DNA of 51,604 nt from Octopus bimaculoides (GCF_001194135.2 NC_068982.1:179660417-179712020), one strand, 5' to 3'. Shown: positions 39,171 to 51,205, counted from the stretch's first letter. The notes: generated from the sequence alone by a model not told the origin. Program-made: numbers and translations.

Positions 39171-39894
39171 TAATAATAATAATATTCTCACATCAATAAA
39201 AATATTTGTTTAGCAATTATGTTATTTTTAAAAAGTGGTTTCCGAAATTACTGTGCTGAATAGAAATATGAATTCTATAAGAAAATTGAAATTCTGTAAG
39301 ATTGTTTGTTTCAAGTGATAAAAATAACTGTAGAAACTAACATTTAAAGAAATACTAAAATACTATAAAACATTCAGTCAGACTTTCAGTTCAAAATTGG
39401 CAATGATTAAAGCATCTACTGTAAAGCAACACTCCACCAAGCATGAAGGAAAAATATATTTATATCAAGATAGGAAATGTTTAGCAAAAGCAACAAATAG
39501 AGCATGTCAAAAATGAGAAAAACTGATTATTTTCTAACAATCTAAGCTAGAAGTGTTTATCTTTCTAGTAGACTGAGGTGTCTGTGCAAAGAAGGAAGAG
39601 CTATATTCACAGCCTGTGTAAACAACTTCACAATTAGAAAGGTCAAGTGAATGAGAAGACAGGAGTTCCTGAAATGTTATGTTTAAAACCAGCTAAAGTT
39701 TCCCATTGAAAATGTATCAATATCAGTATAAGGCCATCATCAGACTTTCAATAGATTTTCATTGAGAATTAAATCACTAAAACTAATTCACTGCTGGCTA
39801 GAGTTTCCCATTAAATATTTTTTTATATCCAGAATCACTGGCTTCTGTTTCCTCCACCCGCTGTTGCTGGTTTTATAGAAATATCGATTTCTTA

Positions 39895-40070
39895 CATAGG
39901 CCTCACATTTAGCAGGGAGTAGTCAATTATATGGGCACTCACTACTCAACTGGTATTTTACTTCATTGAGCCTGGCAGGATGAAAGGTAAAGTTGACCTT
40001 GGTGGGATTTCACGTCAGAAAGTAGAATAAATTAAGACATTTTGTTTAACGTTCAAACAACTCAGCCAGT
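39895..40070 (-). mobile_element. Degenerate family B SINE (intronic)
   Basis: caggatgaaaggtaaagttgaccttggtgggattt resembles the reversed family B core. Confidence 0.55.
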
Positions 40071-40449
40071 CAAACTATTTCACACCGAAATGAAGTTTTC
40101 TCACAGGTATGAGAGAAAATAATCCACTTTAAGTAGCACTAGGTTATCTTTACAATCCAGTACTGATAATGGTACCAAAATACTATGAGAAGAAAAACCA
40201 ACTATTCATTTTCAATTCATCAAAAATATTCCATATCAAAATTATAAATTTACGAGATCAATTTGAACAAAACAGAATTTAGTACATTCAATGTTATAAT
40301 TCAACGGTTCCCTTTATTTGTACTACATTAAAAGTAACTAGTTACAGACTGTTTTCTGAATTCCTGTACTGAGATCAACTGTACAGTCAAAAGTACAATT
40401 TAGGACAGTCAATCAAATAGCAGTAGCACCAACTGCTACAAAGGCAAAA

Positions 40450-41500
40450 AAGATGCAACTAAAGGAATCAGACTGATGGACCAAGATATATGACAGCAGC
40501 AGTTATAAATCTACATCAGAAAAGAATAAGCTTCCTGGCGAAAAATTCTTATCTAAGAGTAAACCACTATACCTCAATAAAAAGTAAGTTTAAGTATCAC
40601 ACTATTTAAAATAGGAATATGTGAAGAGTTTGCAAGTGCCATGTAATCTATGTTAAGAGTTGGCAACAGCAAGCTGAGGGTTAGCAATCAGTTCAGTAGG
40701 GACTGTAGAGTGCAGACAAATGTCTATAAAGGCTCAGTTCTCCGACCCTACTTTTTAGAGTTCTCAAAGAGCTTAAAAGCGGTTATCCATGGGATTCCTG
40801 TGTCAAAGACCTAGTTTGCATATCCCACTCTCTTGAAGAATCAGAAAAGAAATTCAAAACAATGAAGAAAAGCTTAGTTAGAATTAAGAAGCTTCAAAGA
40901 AAACCTAGTTAGCAAAGATGACTCAACTTTGTTGCCATAAGGGGAGTGGCCTTGTTCAATATGCAGAAGCATGTACCAGGTGTAAATTATGAGTGCACAA
41001 GTGATGCAGAAAGATCATAGACAGTCAAAGAAAAAAAAAACTCAGAATGAAGTAATTAGCTGGAAGAGCACCCATAAAATGTATTCAAAAATATCAAAAG
41101 TCCCCTCTAGAAGGAGTAGATAGTTTCTGCTACCTAGGTAATGTTAATAAGCAGTGGAAGCGGGTATGCTGAAAGTATAATACTAATAAGAAAGAAGTGG
41201 GGAAAAGTTTATGATGCTAATAGCTCTGCTAGAAACAAAAAAAATTCTCTTGAGTGAAGGGCAGGTTATATATTGCTTGTATATGAATAAGAATGCTGTA
41301 TGAGAGTGATAGTAAAACATAGGTAAAGGACATATGAATAATATGAGATAAGCATGCTTAGTTGGATGTTCGATTTCAATGTTCACTAATGACAGAACAA
41401 ATGAACTGAGAGAAAAACTCGATACAAGAAGAATCAGATGTAGCATGCAAGAGAAAAGCTTGTACTGGTACTGACATGTGATGCATACTGGAGTGACAGT
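40450..41500 (+). mobile_element. Decayed RTE-clade LINE, reverse transcriptase region, antisense in a CELF intron
   Basis: Frameshifted RT-like peptides in order: KGIRLMDQ, EKFLSKSKPLYL, GSVLRP, ELKSGYPW, DLVCISHSLEESEKKFK, WPCSICR, LEGVDSFCYLG. Confidence 0.75.
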
Positions 41501-42208
41501 TGAATCAGCAATCAGAATGGAAGGAACCCACAGAAGAAAACCCCACAAAAAAAAAAACTGATCTCTGGAAGTTGAACCTCACAAAGATCCTTCTAAACCA
41601 TGCAGGCATGGGAAAACATATAAAATGAAAAAGAATATTTGAATATACATATGTACACACACACATAATGGAATTGTGTTGGGACAGACACAAGGACAAA
41701 GACACAAATATACTTGAATCATATGCTACAAAGAACTTCAAGGCAAAACTCAACCAAAATACCTTTACTGAAATTACAATTATAAACTCCGAGACAACAG
41801 ACTAAAAAATGGTGATTAGGCAACACAGGTTACAATAAAGTTTCTACTTTAAGCTATCTGACAATTACATGTTTGTGAACCAAAACAATGACAGTAATAC
41901 AAAACAGAAAGTGTTTGGGGAAACATTGTGACATGACTTGGTGGTAGTGAGATTACAGCTATTAAAAAAGGTGAAGACAGGTATTGGTGGGCAATATGAC
42001 CTCTGGGCACCACCAAAAGAAGAGCATAATAATGTGTGACAAAGAGGAGTAAAAATTCTCTATTATACACTGGATGAAGGTCTTTAAAGAATTTGGGGTT
42101 AGGTGATGTGAACTGAAAGTTTGATGACCATACCAAAGCCTCACATGACTACACACAAACAGAGTCACACCTGGAAAAACTAGAATAGAACATGAAACAA
42201 ACCTTTAC

Positions 42209-42430
42209 CTGGAGGGAGCAAACCTGACAAACCTGCGTATTGCTGTATCCCCGAATATGCTTGGCTAAGAGCATCAATACCTGTTGGGTTGGTATTGGAG
42301 CCAATGCCATTCATGTTGCTTGTTACACTTGAGGTCAAATTAGAGAGGTTTGTTAAGGAATTGTTCCCTAGATTTTGCATTCCAGTGAGGCCACTTAGTG
42401 AGTTGGAGGAGGTTGTACCAGTTATAGTAC
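42209..42430 (-). CDS. CELF2: CELF1/2 linker coding exon (G)TITGTTSSNSLSGLTGMQNLG...GIDALSQAYSGIQQYAGLSGLLPP(G)
   Basis: Acceptor ctttttccgatttgtag. DALSQAYSGIQQYA matches the conserved CELF1/2 DALTQAYSGIQQYA motif. The end shown is the CAG|gtaaag donor; other in-frame donors end the exon at 42233, 42224 or 42203. Confidence 0.92.
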
Positions 42431-44964
42431 CTACAAATCGGAAAAAGGTTGTTTGTATAAAAAGAGGTGAGACAAATAAACCCTAAAATGCCAGGTAATC
42501 AATACACTGACATATCAAATACATTCAAATCAATTTAAAAGCATTCATACAACAGAAGATAAACAGATGTATTGCTAATCCTGATGCAACCATTCAATGG
42601 TCAAAACAAGAATACCTAGCATGAAAAGATGTGACATGAGGGAAGAGTTGTCTAGTTAAGATGCTGAAGTTTTCATATTTGAGAAATTTCATAATACATT
42701 TCAATAGGTGAGTCATTTAAACAGGAAATAGTTTGAAAGAAAGAGAGAAAGGATTGACACTAAAAATGTCAAATTAAATCTGCTAGCAGTGATAACCAGC
42801 AAAAGGGGCATGATAGAAATCAGAGAAAATAGAGAGGCAGCTAACAGGAATAATTAATGCTTCTGGTTGTCTCAAAGGTTTTCTAGGTAAACAAGATAAT
42901 TCTTTCAAACATCCCCTCACCAATCAGCCTTTGTATTTTAATAGGAGTTTATGTTTTACCTTAGCTCTTTAATAGCAAGTAGTATCCTCCACTGTGTTTA
43001 TTTTAAAATCTTGTATCAAATGATTACTTTCATATCAAATATTTAGCAGAAACTAAAAGACAATTAGTCCAAAAGAAATTATTTATGTTATACAGAAATT
43101 ATACCTTGATCAGGGTTTGTTAAATGCTTCATAAAGCAATGTATTTGCTGATCGGCTGATTTCTTTTAGCACATTCAGCAAAAATGTCAACAAATAGATT
43201 GGGAACTCCTTCCAGATATTGGTTCCATCCTAGTATTTCATTCATATAATATCTATTTAACTACATACTAAAGATACAGTTTCTATCAAGATAAAGATGT
43301 AACACAGGCTGAGACAGCACTTTTACTTGTAGAGGGTGGTCACATTCAAAGAAACTATAGAGGATAAATACAGCAATAAGAATGAAGAAATGGAAGCTTC
43401 AAATATTTCAACAACAGAGTTAGTAAGAATGAGTGAAGTAGAAAACACTTTATTTAGTATGTTAACTAGTTACAAAATATACCATCTACATAAAAGTATT
43501 AGTGAATGTAGTTAATGAGTTCAAATGAAAGCTATATGAAAATAGCAGGGAATAAATCTTAATTCTATTTATATATTTTTATAATCTTAAAAGTGAAACA
43601 ATATATTGAAAAAATGAATCAACTTAAGTAGAGCTGGAAATACTAAAGACAATCTATCAAAAGACAAACAGCAGAACCTTCCTTTGAGACAAGGAATTAA
43701 GGTAAAGTTTAAGTAAATATGTAAAACTACGTAATATGGATAGAATACAATGAATTGAAAAGGTTTGTGCATAAAATTTAAATAATAATTGGCTAATGGA
43801 TTATTGCCACAATCAGGAACACAAAAAATATGGTGAAAACATTAAATAGAGAGAAATTAACAAAAGTATTGTAGAATTATTATGTGAGGGGCACTTGGCT
43901 GGCACAAGCAATTTATACAAATAAAACATGTACTTCAATATTTGATAAAATATAAATGCAGTAATTCGAAAGTGAAGATGGCTAGAAAAGTTCAACCTCC
44001 TGTATTGTGGCTTGAAAAAAACACAATGAATGTAAAATAGCAACAACATGGACAACAAACACTGTAACAGGACTATAAAAACCAAATAATTAACAAGAAA
44101 ATAAATCAAACCAGACAGAAGTCATAGCAACAACAGCAAAGTAGATGTCTGATAAGACCAATAATGAGAATAATTTAATAAATATGCTTTGAGCCAATAG
44201 TATTGCTATAAACTAAAATTTGATTGAATTTGGTTGAGATAAAATAACAAGCCAGCCATTGTATTGTCTAGCACTATACAATGCCTACAGCATGCAATCC
44301 TGAAAAATACATACAGGAACTAAAATATGCAAAAATCAATAACCTCAATTTCAAACAAGTAGCAGAAATTTATGTTGGAAAAACAGTTTAAGACATAAAG
44401 GGTGAGAAATGTTAATAGATAAACTAGAACAGCTTTTTGGGGCTGGCAGTATTCTGATTTTGCTAGGGATTCAATTTCTCATGATTCTTCTAACATAGGA
44501 TACAACTTGATTTTATGTATATTATATTGACAAAATACCTATTTTATATTCATGCTACTTTTTTTTTTTTTTCATTTTCACTCATTGTCTTGGGAGAATA
44601 CAATCAGTTTATATATATAATGTGTGCTTCTACATTATATTAGACTGAAATCAAATTGATTACTCAAAAATGATATTTATACAAAGAGATGATGTGAAGT
44701 GATATTAAACAAGTTGTTGACAGATGACAATGAAGATAGTCAGTGAAGGCAGTACATTGATAACAAAATATCATGGAGTTGTTAGGTGTGTCAAAGATAA
44801 AATAGATAACAAACAATTAGAATACATAAACTTTGTTAAAGAGAAAACCAATACATTAAAGCCCGTGATGTTTAGTCAGGATTACCAATATCCTGTGGCC
44901 TTTTATTTAATAAAAAAGCTAATTCAGTTATCAAAGCTAGCCAGTAGTATAACATTACACTATC

Positions 44965-45350
44965 AAAGACAGTAGCAGTAATGCCATCATATCCATCTCT
45001 CCATTTTGTACAACACACAGCAGTTAAAAACATAAGCAGTAATGAAATCAATCTGTCTCTCTCCATTTTTGTAAAACACACTATTGTTAAAGACATGATC
45101 AGTAACACATCTATCTCTCCATTTTGTACAACACTGTTAAAAAGACATTGGCAGCAATGACATCTCCATTTTGTATAACACACAACTGTTAAAAGTATTA
45201 GCAGTGAAGTCATCTATATCTATATTGGCAGTAAAGATTATATATAATTTTGTGTAGCACACTACTTCATAAAATATATTAAAAGTAACATAATCTATGG
45301 CGATTCTGTACAACATCATACTGCTAAGTAACTACATCTCCATTTTTGTA
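44965..45350. repeat. Degenerate tandem repeat of about 47-62 bp in a CELF intron
   Basis: CTCCATTTT anchors at 44999, 45061, 45117, 45164 and 45338, followed by gtacaacac...ctgttaaaa...gcagtaatga-like blocks. Confidence 0.8.
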
Positions 45351-45583
45351 ATTTTAGTAGAAATACTTGGTATCATGCACATATTCATAGCAGATATGGA
45401 TTTTACAGACAACAAATTGGAGTAGTGACACACTATATATAGCAAACTAGAGAAACACACACTTAACTAACATCAAACCAACAAAAAATAAGGTAAACAA
45501 AAAAAATCCAATGAAACTGATAGTTTAACATGAAAATACAGAATAGGCCAAGGAGGAGAGAAAAAGGAATAAACTGTACTCAC

Positions 45584-45604
45584 GACAAAAGTTGAAGACA
45601 GGTT
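45584..45604 (-). CDS. Candidate 21-nt frame-preserving microexon (E)PVFNFC(R) in the CELF linker
   Basis: ttctccattgttatcacag|AACCTGTCTTCAACTTTTGTC|gtgagt. No AG in the 155 nt upstream of the acceptor. Phase 1-1, no stop. Confidence 0.55.
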
Positions 45605-46848
45605 CTGTGATAACAATGGAGAAAAATTGATATAGTCATTGTCGAACAGACAGATAACAGAGTAGTGTGCGGAGAATGAATAGTTATTAACCAACAGGTG
45701 AACATCAGTTGTTAGATGAAATAAAAAGGAACATAAATCAAAAAGCAAGGCAATCACAAAACTGAAGTAAAATGTATTTTACAATCGTAAGTAGATTGAA
45801 ACAACACAAGTTACCAAAATCTGTCTTACTGTTTCCCCTACATGGGTGATGTTGACTAACTCTTTAAATGGAAAAATGAATTAATTTCCACAATAATATT
45901 TTCATTTTAAAGAGTAAACAAAATGAAAAGATTTTAATATCTCCTGTTTAAAATAGTTTTTGCTAATAGCTTCATAGAAATCTAACATGGAATATAAACA
46001 TGTATACACCAATATTCATTTCCATTGAGCAGAAAGAATGTTGTTCAATGGTTTCACTGAATTCCTGAATTTCAAAGATTACATTTTTGAAGAAGTCTAA
46101 TACCAAGAGTTACAGATTTACAGACACCTACAAACTCACTTGAATTTTATTTACATTGTTACCAATGTAGATCATCACCATTTACCAGATTTTACACTAT
46201 TAATAGTTAAAAACACATACAGTGTGTGTTGAAAACAGTACAGTGTAGAGTTTTTATCAAGGTTTCTAGACCTATAAGGTTTTTATCTTGGAGACAAAAT
46301 GGTTTTTGTTGGCATGCTCTATTGCTATTACGTAAGACAAGAACAATAACAAAGATATTTAAGGTTTGAACGCTTATCTGATGGCTCCGGATTTCTTGCA
46401 GTTTTTTTAAATATTCTATTTTATTTATTATTATGACTGGTGTATGTTATTACTATTATACTTTTAGCACTGTGTTTTTGTTAGTAAAGTTTCCATTGTT
46501 AATCATCTAGCAGTTTAGAAAATTCGGCATAAGATGGATATGTTTTTAAATATAGTTTTGCTTTGTATAATACAAGACACTGCAGTTGCTACTTGTATAT
46601 GTACCGTGAGCAAGCAAGAAAGTACCAGACCTGTAACACTAATATAATAGATGTAGTGAAATTTTACAACTTTCATACTTACAAACAAATTAATAAATCA
46701 CATTGGCCATTGTAATTCGTTTAATTTTCATAAATGGAGTTTGATATAGCTTTTAAAATTTAGTGGGATTTTGAGGAGACTATTAGTATTTGTTTATGTT
46801 GGATATAAAGCATTTTGTAGTTCTATATTTAAAAGATGCGGAATTATG

Positions 46849-46946
46849 TACATTATTTACATTTAACGGATATTTGTCCTCATTTTGTTTGTTGTTAACA
46901 CAACAAACAAAATGAGGACAAATATCCGTCGAATGTAAATAATGTA
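46849..46946. repeat. Near-perfect inverted repeat (46-bp arms, 6-nt loop)
   Basis: 46849-46894 versus the reverse complement of 46901-46946: 44/46 identical. Confidence 0.95.
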
Positions 46947-47949
46947 AAGCCTTTTGTCGTATGTCTATTTTATGAGTTTTTTATGCTTCCATCTATTATA
47001 TAGTGAACATACATTTGAATTAAGTATTAAACATTATATATGCTTTACTTTTAACAGACTTTTAATCTGGAGTGATTGTGTTGTTTATTTTTTTGAGTCA
47101 CTATTCTTCTATAGCTTGGTCTGTAGGTTTGTTTATATTCCCACAATTTTATTCTCTAGATTTCTTTGTGCAAAAGAATCAATCAATGTAGAAAATTCAC
47201 TACTACCAGTTTGAATCTGTGTGAACAGTCACTGTCTCCACAAAAATGTGCAGTCATTTGTTAGTGCTAAGCGTAAACAGGCTTGATATATTTTGTATTT
47301 TGACATGGGCATAAGTTTTATTTGGACTTTGTTATGGATATTCTTTTGAGCAGAGTTGTCTTCTAATTTTCTTTTTTTTTTCATCTTAACATCTTCCAGC
47401 ATATCCATTGAAACAAGTATTCGTATCATCAGCTTAACATTAACCATATCAGTACAACATTTTCTTGACAGCTCACCATGCATTTAGGAGGAATAACTAC
47501 AGTACACCACAAAGTGAAACTTCATCAAAAATCTTTGTAAACAACACATCCATTTTGTACTGAATTTCCCACAAAACTAGCCAAATATTGGTGAAGGTGA
47601 TACACACAATACAAAACAAACAAAAAAAATCAACAACACGTACACAAATCACAAGCAAAGCCTACTTCCTAACTGTTGAAAAAAACAAAAATTGCCAGTG
47701 GTCAAAAAACTGAAACCTGATAATTTAGCGTTGCATATTAACTGAGAAGAAATAAATATCAAAGAGAGAAAATACAGAATAAAAAAGATGAACCCTGAAC
47801 ACATTTTCAATGCAATATGTTTAAAAGAAAAGCAGTTTCTTGAGTACATTATTGGAGATTTTCTCTCCAAATTCTAGTGCTTGTAATGAATCACCTGAGA
47901 GTCACACCATCTGGAACAAGGCAGATTGTGTAATGAAAGTACAACTTAC

Positions 47950-48030
47950 CAGATGCACTGGATGCATTTGTGTTTCCTGCAAGCTGGTTTAATGCTGCCA
48001 AACTTGGCATTCCTAGAGCACTTAATGAAC
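47950..48030 (-). CDS. CELF2: CELF1/2 linker coding exon (G)SLSALGMPSLAALNQLAGNTNASSAS(G)
   Basis: Acceptor tttttttctctacag, donor CTG|gtaagt, 81 nt, phase 1-1, open frame, A/S/L/N-rich like the CELF linker. Confidence 0.88.
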
Positions 48031-48256
48031 CTGTAGAGAAAAAAAAAGAAGTATTATATTGGCTGATATTTCAAAGACAACATATAATTGGATATCAGAA
48101 ACAAAAATTAGTAATGTTCCATGTGAGACTAATAACGAACATGTCAAAATATTGACAATTATGTGCGTGCGTGTTAAGTTATATGTAATAACAATGCAAT
48201 AATATCCATCTTACTACCAGAGGTATTAGCCAATGACAAGCAGCAATAGCACATAC

Positions 48257-48331
48257 CTGCATTACCAGAGGCATTAGCCAATGCAGTTAAACTCTGTAAG
48301 TTCTGCAAATGTTGCAAATTGTTGGTTTCTC
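48257..48331 (-). CDS. CELF2: CELF1/2-type protein, linker coding exon (G)ETNNLQHLQNLQSLTALANASGNA(G); most 5' exon found in the window
   Basis: Acceptor ttttgtttttatag, donor CAG|gtatgt, 75 nt, phase 1-1, open frame. Resembles the 'MNALQLQNLATLAA' linker segment of vertebrate CELF1/2. The symbol denotes the CELF1/2 subfamily, not 1:1 orthology. Confidence 0.88.
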
Positions 48332-49845
48332 CTATAAAAACAAAAGTAAGTTCAACAATTACAATTGACTATTCATTTAAATAAAAATAAGACAAAATGT
48401 AGTTAGATATAATCTAGGAAAATAAATCAGTTGACAGAATGATAATTATGCTGATGGAAAAGATGGCTAACAGTTTATTAATTATAGTAACTTAAGGAGA
48501 TTTCATTTTAATTAAAAAAAAAGTGCCCAACACTGCACAGTAATAAATCTCTACATTAACTAATAACACTCAGTACTAATATACAATAAAAAGAGAAGGA
48601 GATGAAAAGAAATACAATGAAAATAGAAGACAAGATTACTGTAAGTGCTATGACTTTGTGTCTCATACATTCTGTATACTCATAGCTTTATTCAGTATAT
48701 GATATTTGTATTGCAGTCTGTTTAACTATGTTGTAGCTAGAGTACATAAAATAATATATTTACAGCTATAAACACAGAAATACTCTTTACCCACAGGTAA
48801 AAGCATAGTGAATTATCCAAATAAAACAATTTCAACTGTTCAGACCTGAATGTTTACTAGATAACGCAAAATTTAACTCTTATTTATTTATTAACATATT
48901 TTTTTCCATGTTATTTTCTCTTGTGTTTAATAAGCCAAGAGAGAGAAGGCAGTGTCCTTGATTTCTTACAGGGCCTCCGAAACAGGTGGGATGAAGCTAT
49001 CTTGGAACCAGATGTCTGGAATAAATGCTTGCAACAATGGACTCCACTAAGAGCACCCATGGCAACAGTGTTAAATCAGGCAATGAATTAAGTTAACCAC
49101 CAAAGTCGACCATAGCAGGATTTGAACTCAAAATGCAATGAGCTGCAACAAATGCTGCAAGGCTCCTGGTCTGACATTCGTACATTTTTGCCACTTCACC
49201 TCCTTGGATTGGTGCTTCCCTACCCCCAAAAGGATTTGAATTCAAAGAACCAAGCAAGAAGTGGAACAAACACTGCAAAGCATTCTGCCCACTGCTCTAA
49301 AAACTCTACAAATTCACTATCTTAGATGAATATGGCATTAAGGCATTTTTTACAGATTCAATCTCATCCTGACACGAAATGTTATTTGTTTTGCAAGTAA
49401 AAAAAATCTTTTTCCATGTAGCTTTGAAACAAGAAGAGAGAAATTATCGACAGTAGAAGTGCCAACAACACTGCATAAAAGACAGATGCAAACAAACATG
49501 CACACAATGGCCATTTTTCAGGTTCCATACACCAAACACACTTGAGATTTTAAATGGTCAGCTGCAATAGCAGTAGACAGGAGCTGAACCCAAAACCAAG
49601 TGATAAAGAAATGAACTTCTTAATCACATAACCATGCCTGTGCCTATATTAATGTGTGTGTGCATGAATAATTAGAAGTAAATACACGCGCTATATACAA
49701 TACATACAAATTGCTATGAAAGCCGACCTTATCCTTTCTGTTTTAATGTATATGAAAAGGATTGACAGTTACACAATTCTATATAATGAATTGAATTACA
49801 AATAAAAAATGTTGAAACTGCAAATTAATTAAATAGCACATTAGT

Positions 49846-50493
49846 GCGTGAAAAAGTGCCACACCCTAACAGTTGAGGGAACCCGTGGAAGANNNNNNNN
49901 NNNNNNNNNNNNNNNNNNNNNNNNNNNNNNNNNNNNNNNNNNNNNNNNNNNNNNNNNNNNNNNNNNNNNNNNNNNNNNNNNNNNNNNNNNNNNNNNNNNN
50001 NNNNNNNNNNNNNNNNNNNNNNNNNNNNNNNNNNNNNNNNNNNNNNNNNNNNNNNNNNNNNNNNNNNNNNNNNNNNNNNNNNNNNNNNNNNNNNNNNNNN
50101 NNNNNNNNNNNNNNNNNNNNNNNNNNNNNNNNNNNNNNNNNNNNNNNNNNNNNNNNNNNNNNNNNNNNNNNNNNNNNNNNNNNNNNNNNNNNNNNNNNNN
50201 NNNNNNNNNNNNNNNNNNNNNNNNNNNNNNNNNNNNNNNNNNNNNNNNNNNNNNNNNNNNNNNNNNNNNNNNNNNNNNNNNNNNNNNNNNNNNNNNNNNN
50301 NNNNNNNNNNNNNNNNNNNNNNNNNNNNNNNNNNNNNNNNNNNNNNNNNNNNNNNNNNNNNNNNNNNNNNNNNNNNNNNNNNNNNNNNNNNNNNNNNNNN
50401 NNNNNNNNNNNNNNNNNNNNNNNNNNNNNNNNNNNNNNNNNNNNNNNNNNNAGCATGGAAAGCGGACGTTAAACGATGATGATGATGATGATG
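49846..50493 (+). mobile_element. 5'-truncated RTE LINE 3' end spanning an assembly gap
   Basis: Left flank encodes VKKCHTLTVEGTRGR (RTE ORF C-terminus type). Right flank agcatggaaagcggacgttaaac leads into a (GAT)n tail. Possible TSD ATTAGT at 49840-49845 and 50494-50499. Confidence 0.7.
49893..50451. other. Assembly gap (N run) inside a CELF intron
   Basis: N characters. Confidence 1.
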
Positions 50494-51113
50494 ATTAGTC
50501 TGATAGTGAAAGTAATTTGTAAAATGAAGGCAGGACCACCAGATGGACTGCTAACCGGATACAAAAGGCTAAGTTGTCTAACAGCACAATTACTAGAATT
50601 GCTCATCAAATTTCATTCACAATATAACTAAAAAAAGTTATGTATTTTATAGTGTATAATTAAGACTAAAATCACACCAGATTTACAATAGTCACTTAGC
50701 TAAGATACTCGTGAATTTCACACGAAATACTTATAAATTTTGAAATAAGATAAATGTTAAATATAATCATAATTATCGCAAGAAGCATTCTATGTGTAAT
50801 TAAATATGAAAAAAAAAAAGAAAAAAAAACAGCTGAGCATTATCAAGTCAACCCAATATTAAGCAAAGTAAGATGGTTAGAATTCATTGATGGCTACTAT
50901 TGGGATAGTTTCACCATGCTATAGCTGAATTAAAAAGCAATTAGGAAATCATCCATCATGAAATGAAGAGCAAGCAATAAATAATGGCACAAGTAAAAAC
51001 ACTAAGCAAATGAAATATGCAATTCAGCCAGCCATGCAATATCTGAATGTAGTAGAAGTATGTGAGGTGGGTAGTTATGACATGGAGGAGGCTATGGAAA
51101 GATAAGTAAATCA

Positions 51114-51118
<5 letters not shown>

Positions 51119-51205
<87 letters not shown>

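Noticed and set aside
41578-41594. 10- or 15-nt cryptic exon candidate after ggtttag in a CELF intron
   Set aside because: It frameshifts or introduces a stop, the donors are weak, and it sits beside a LINE remnant.
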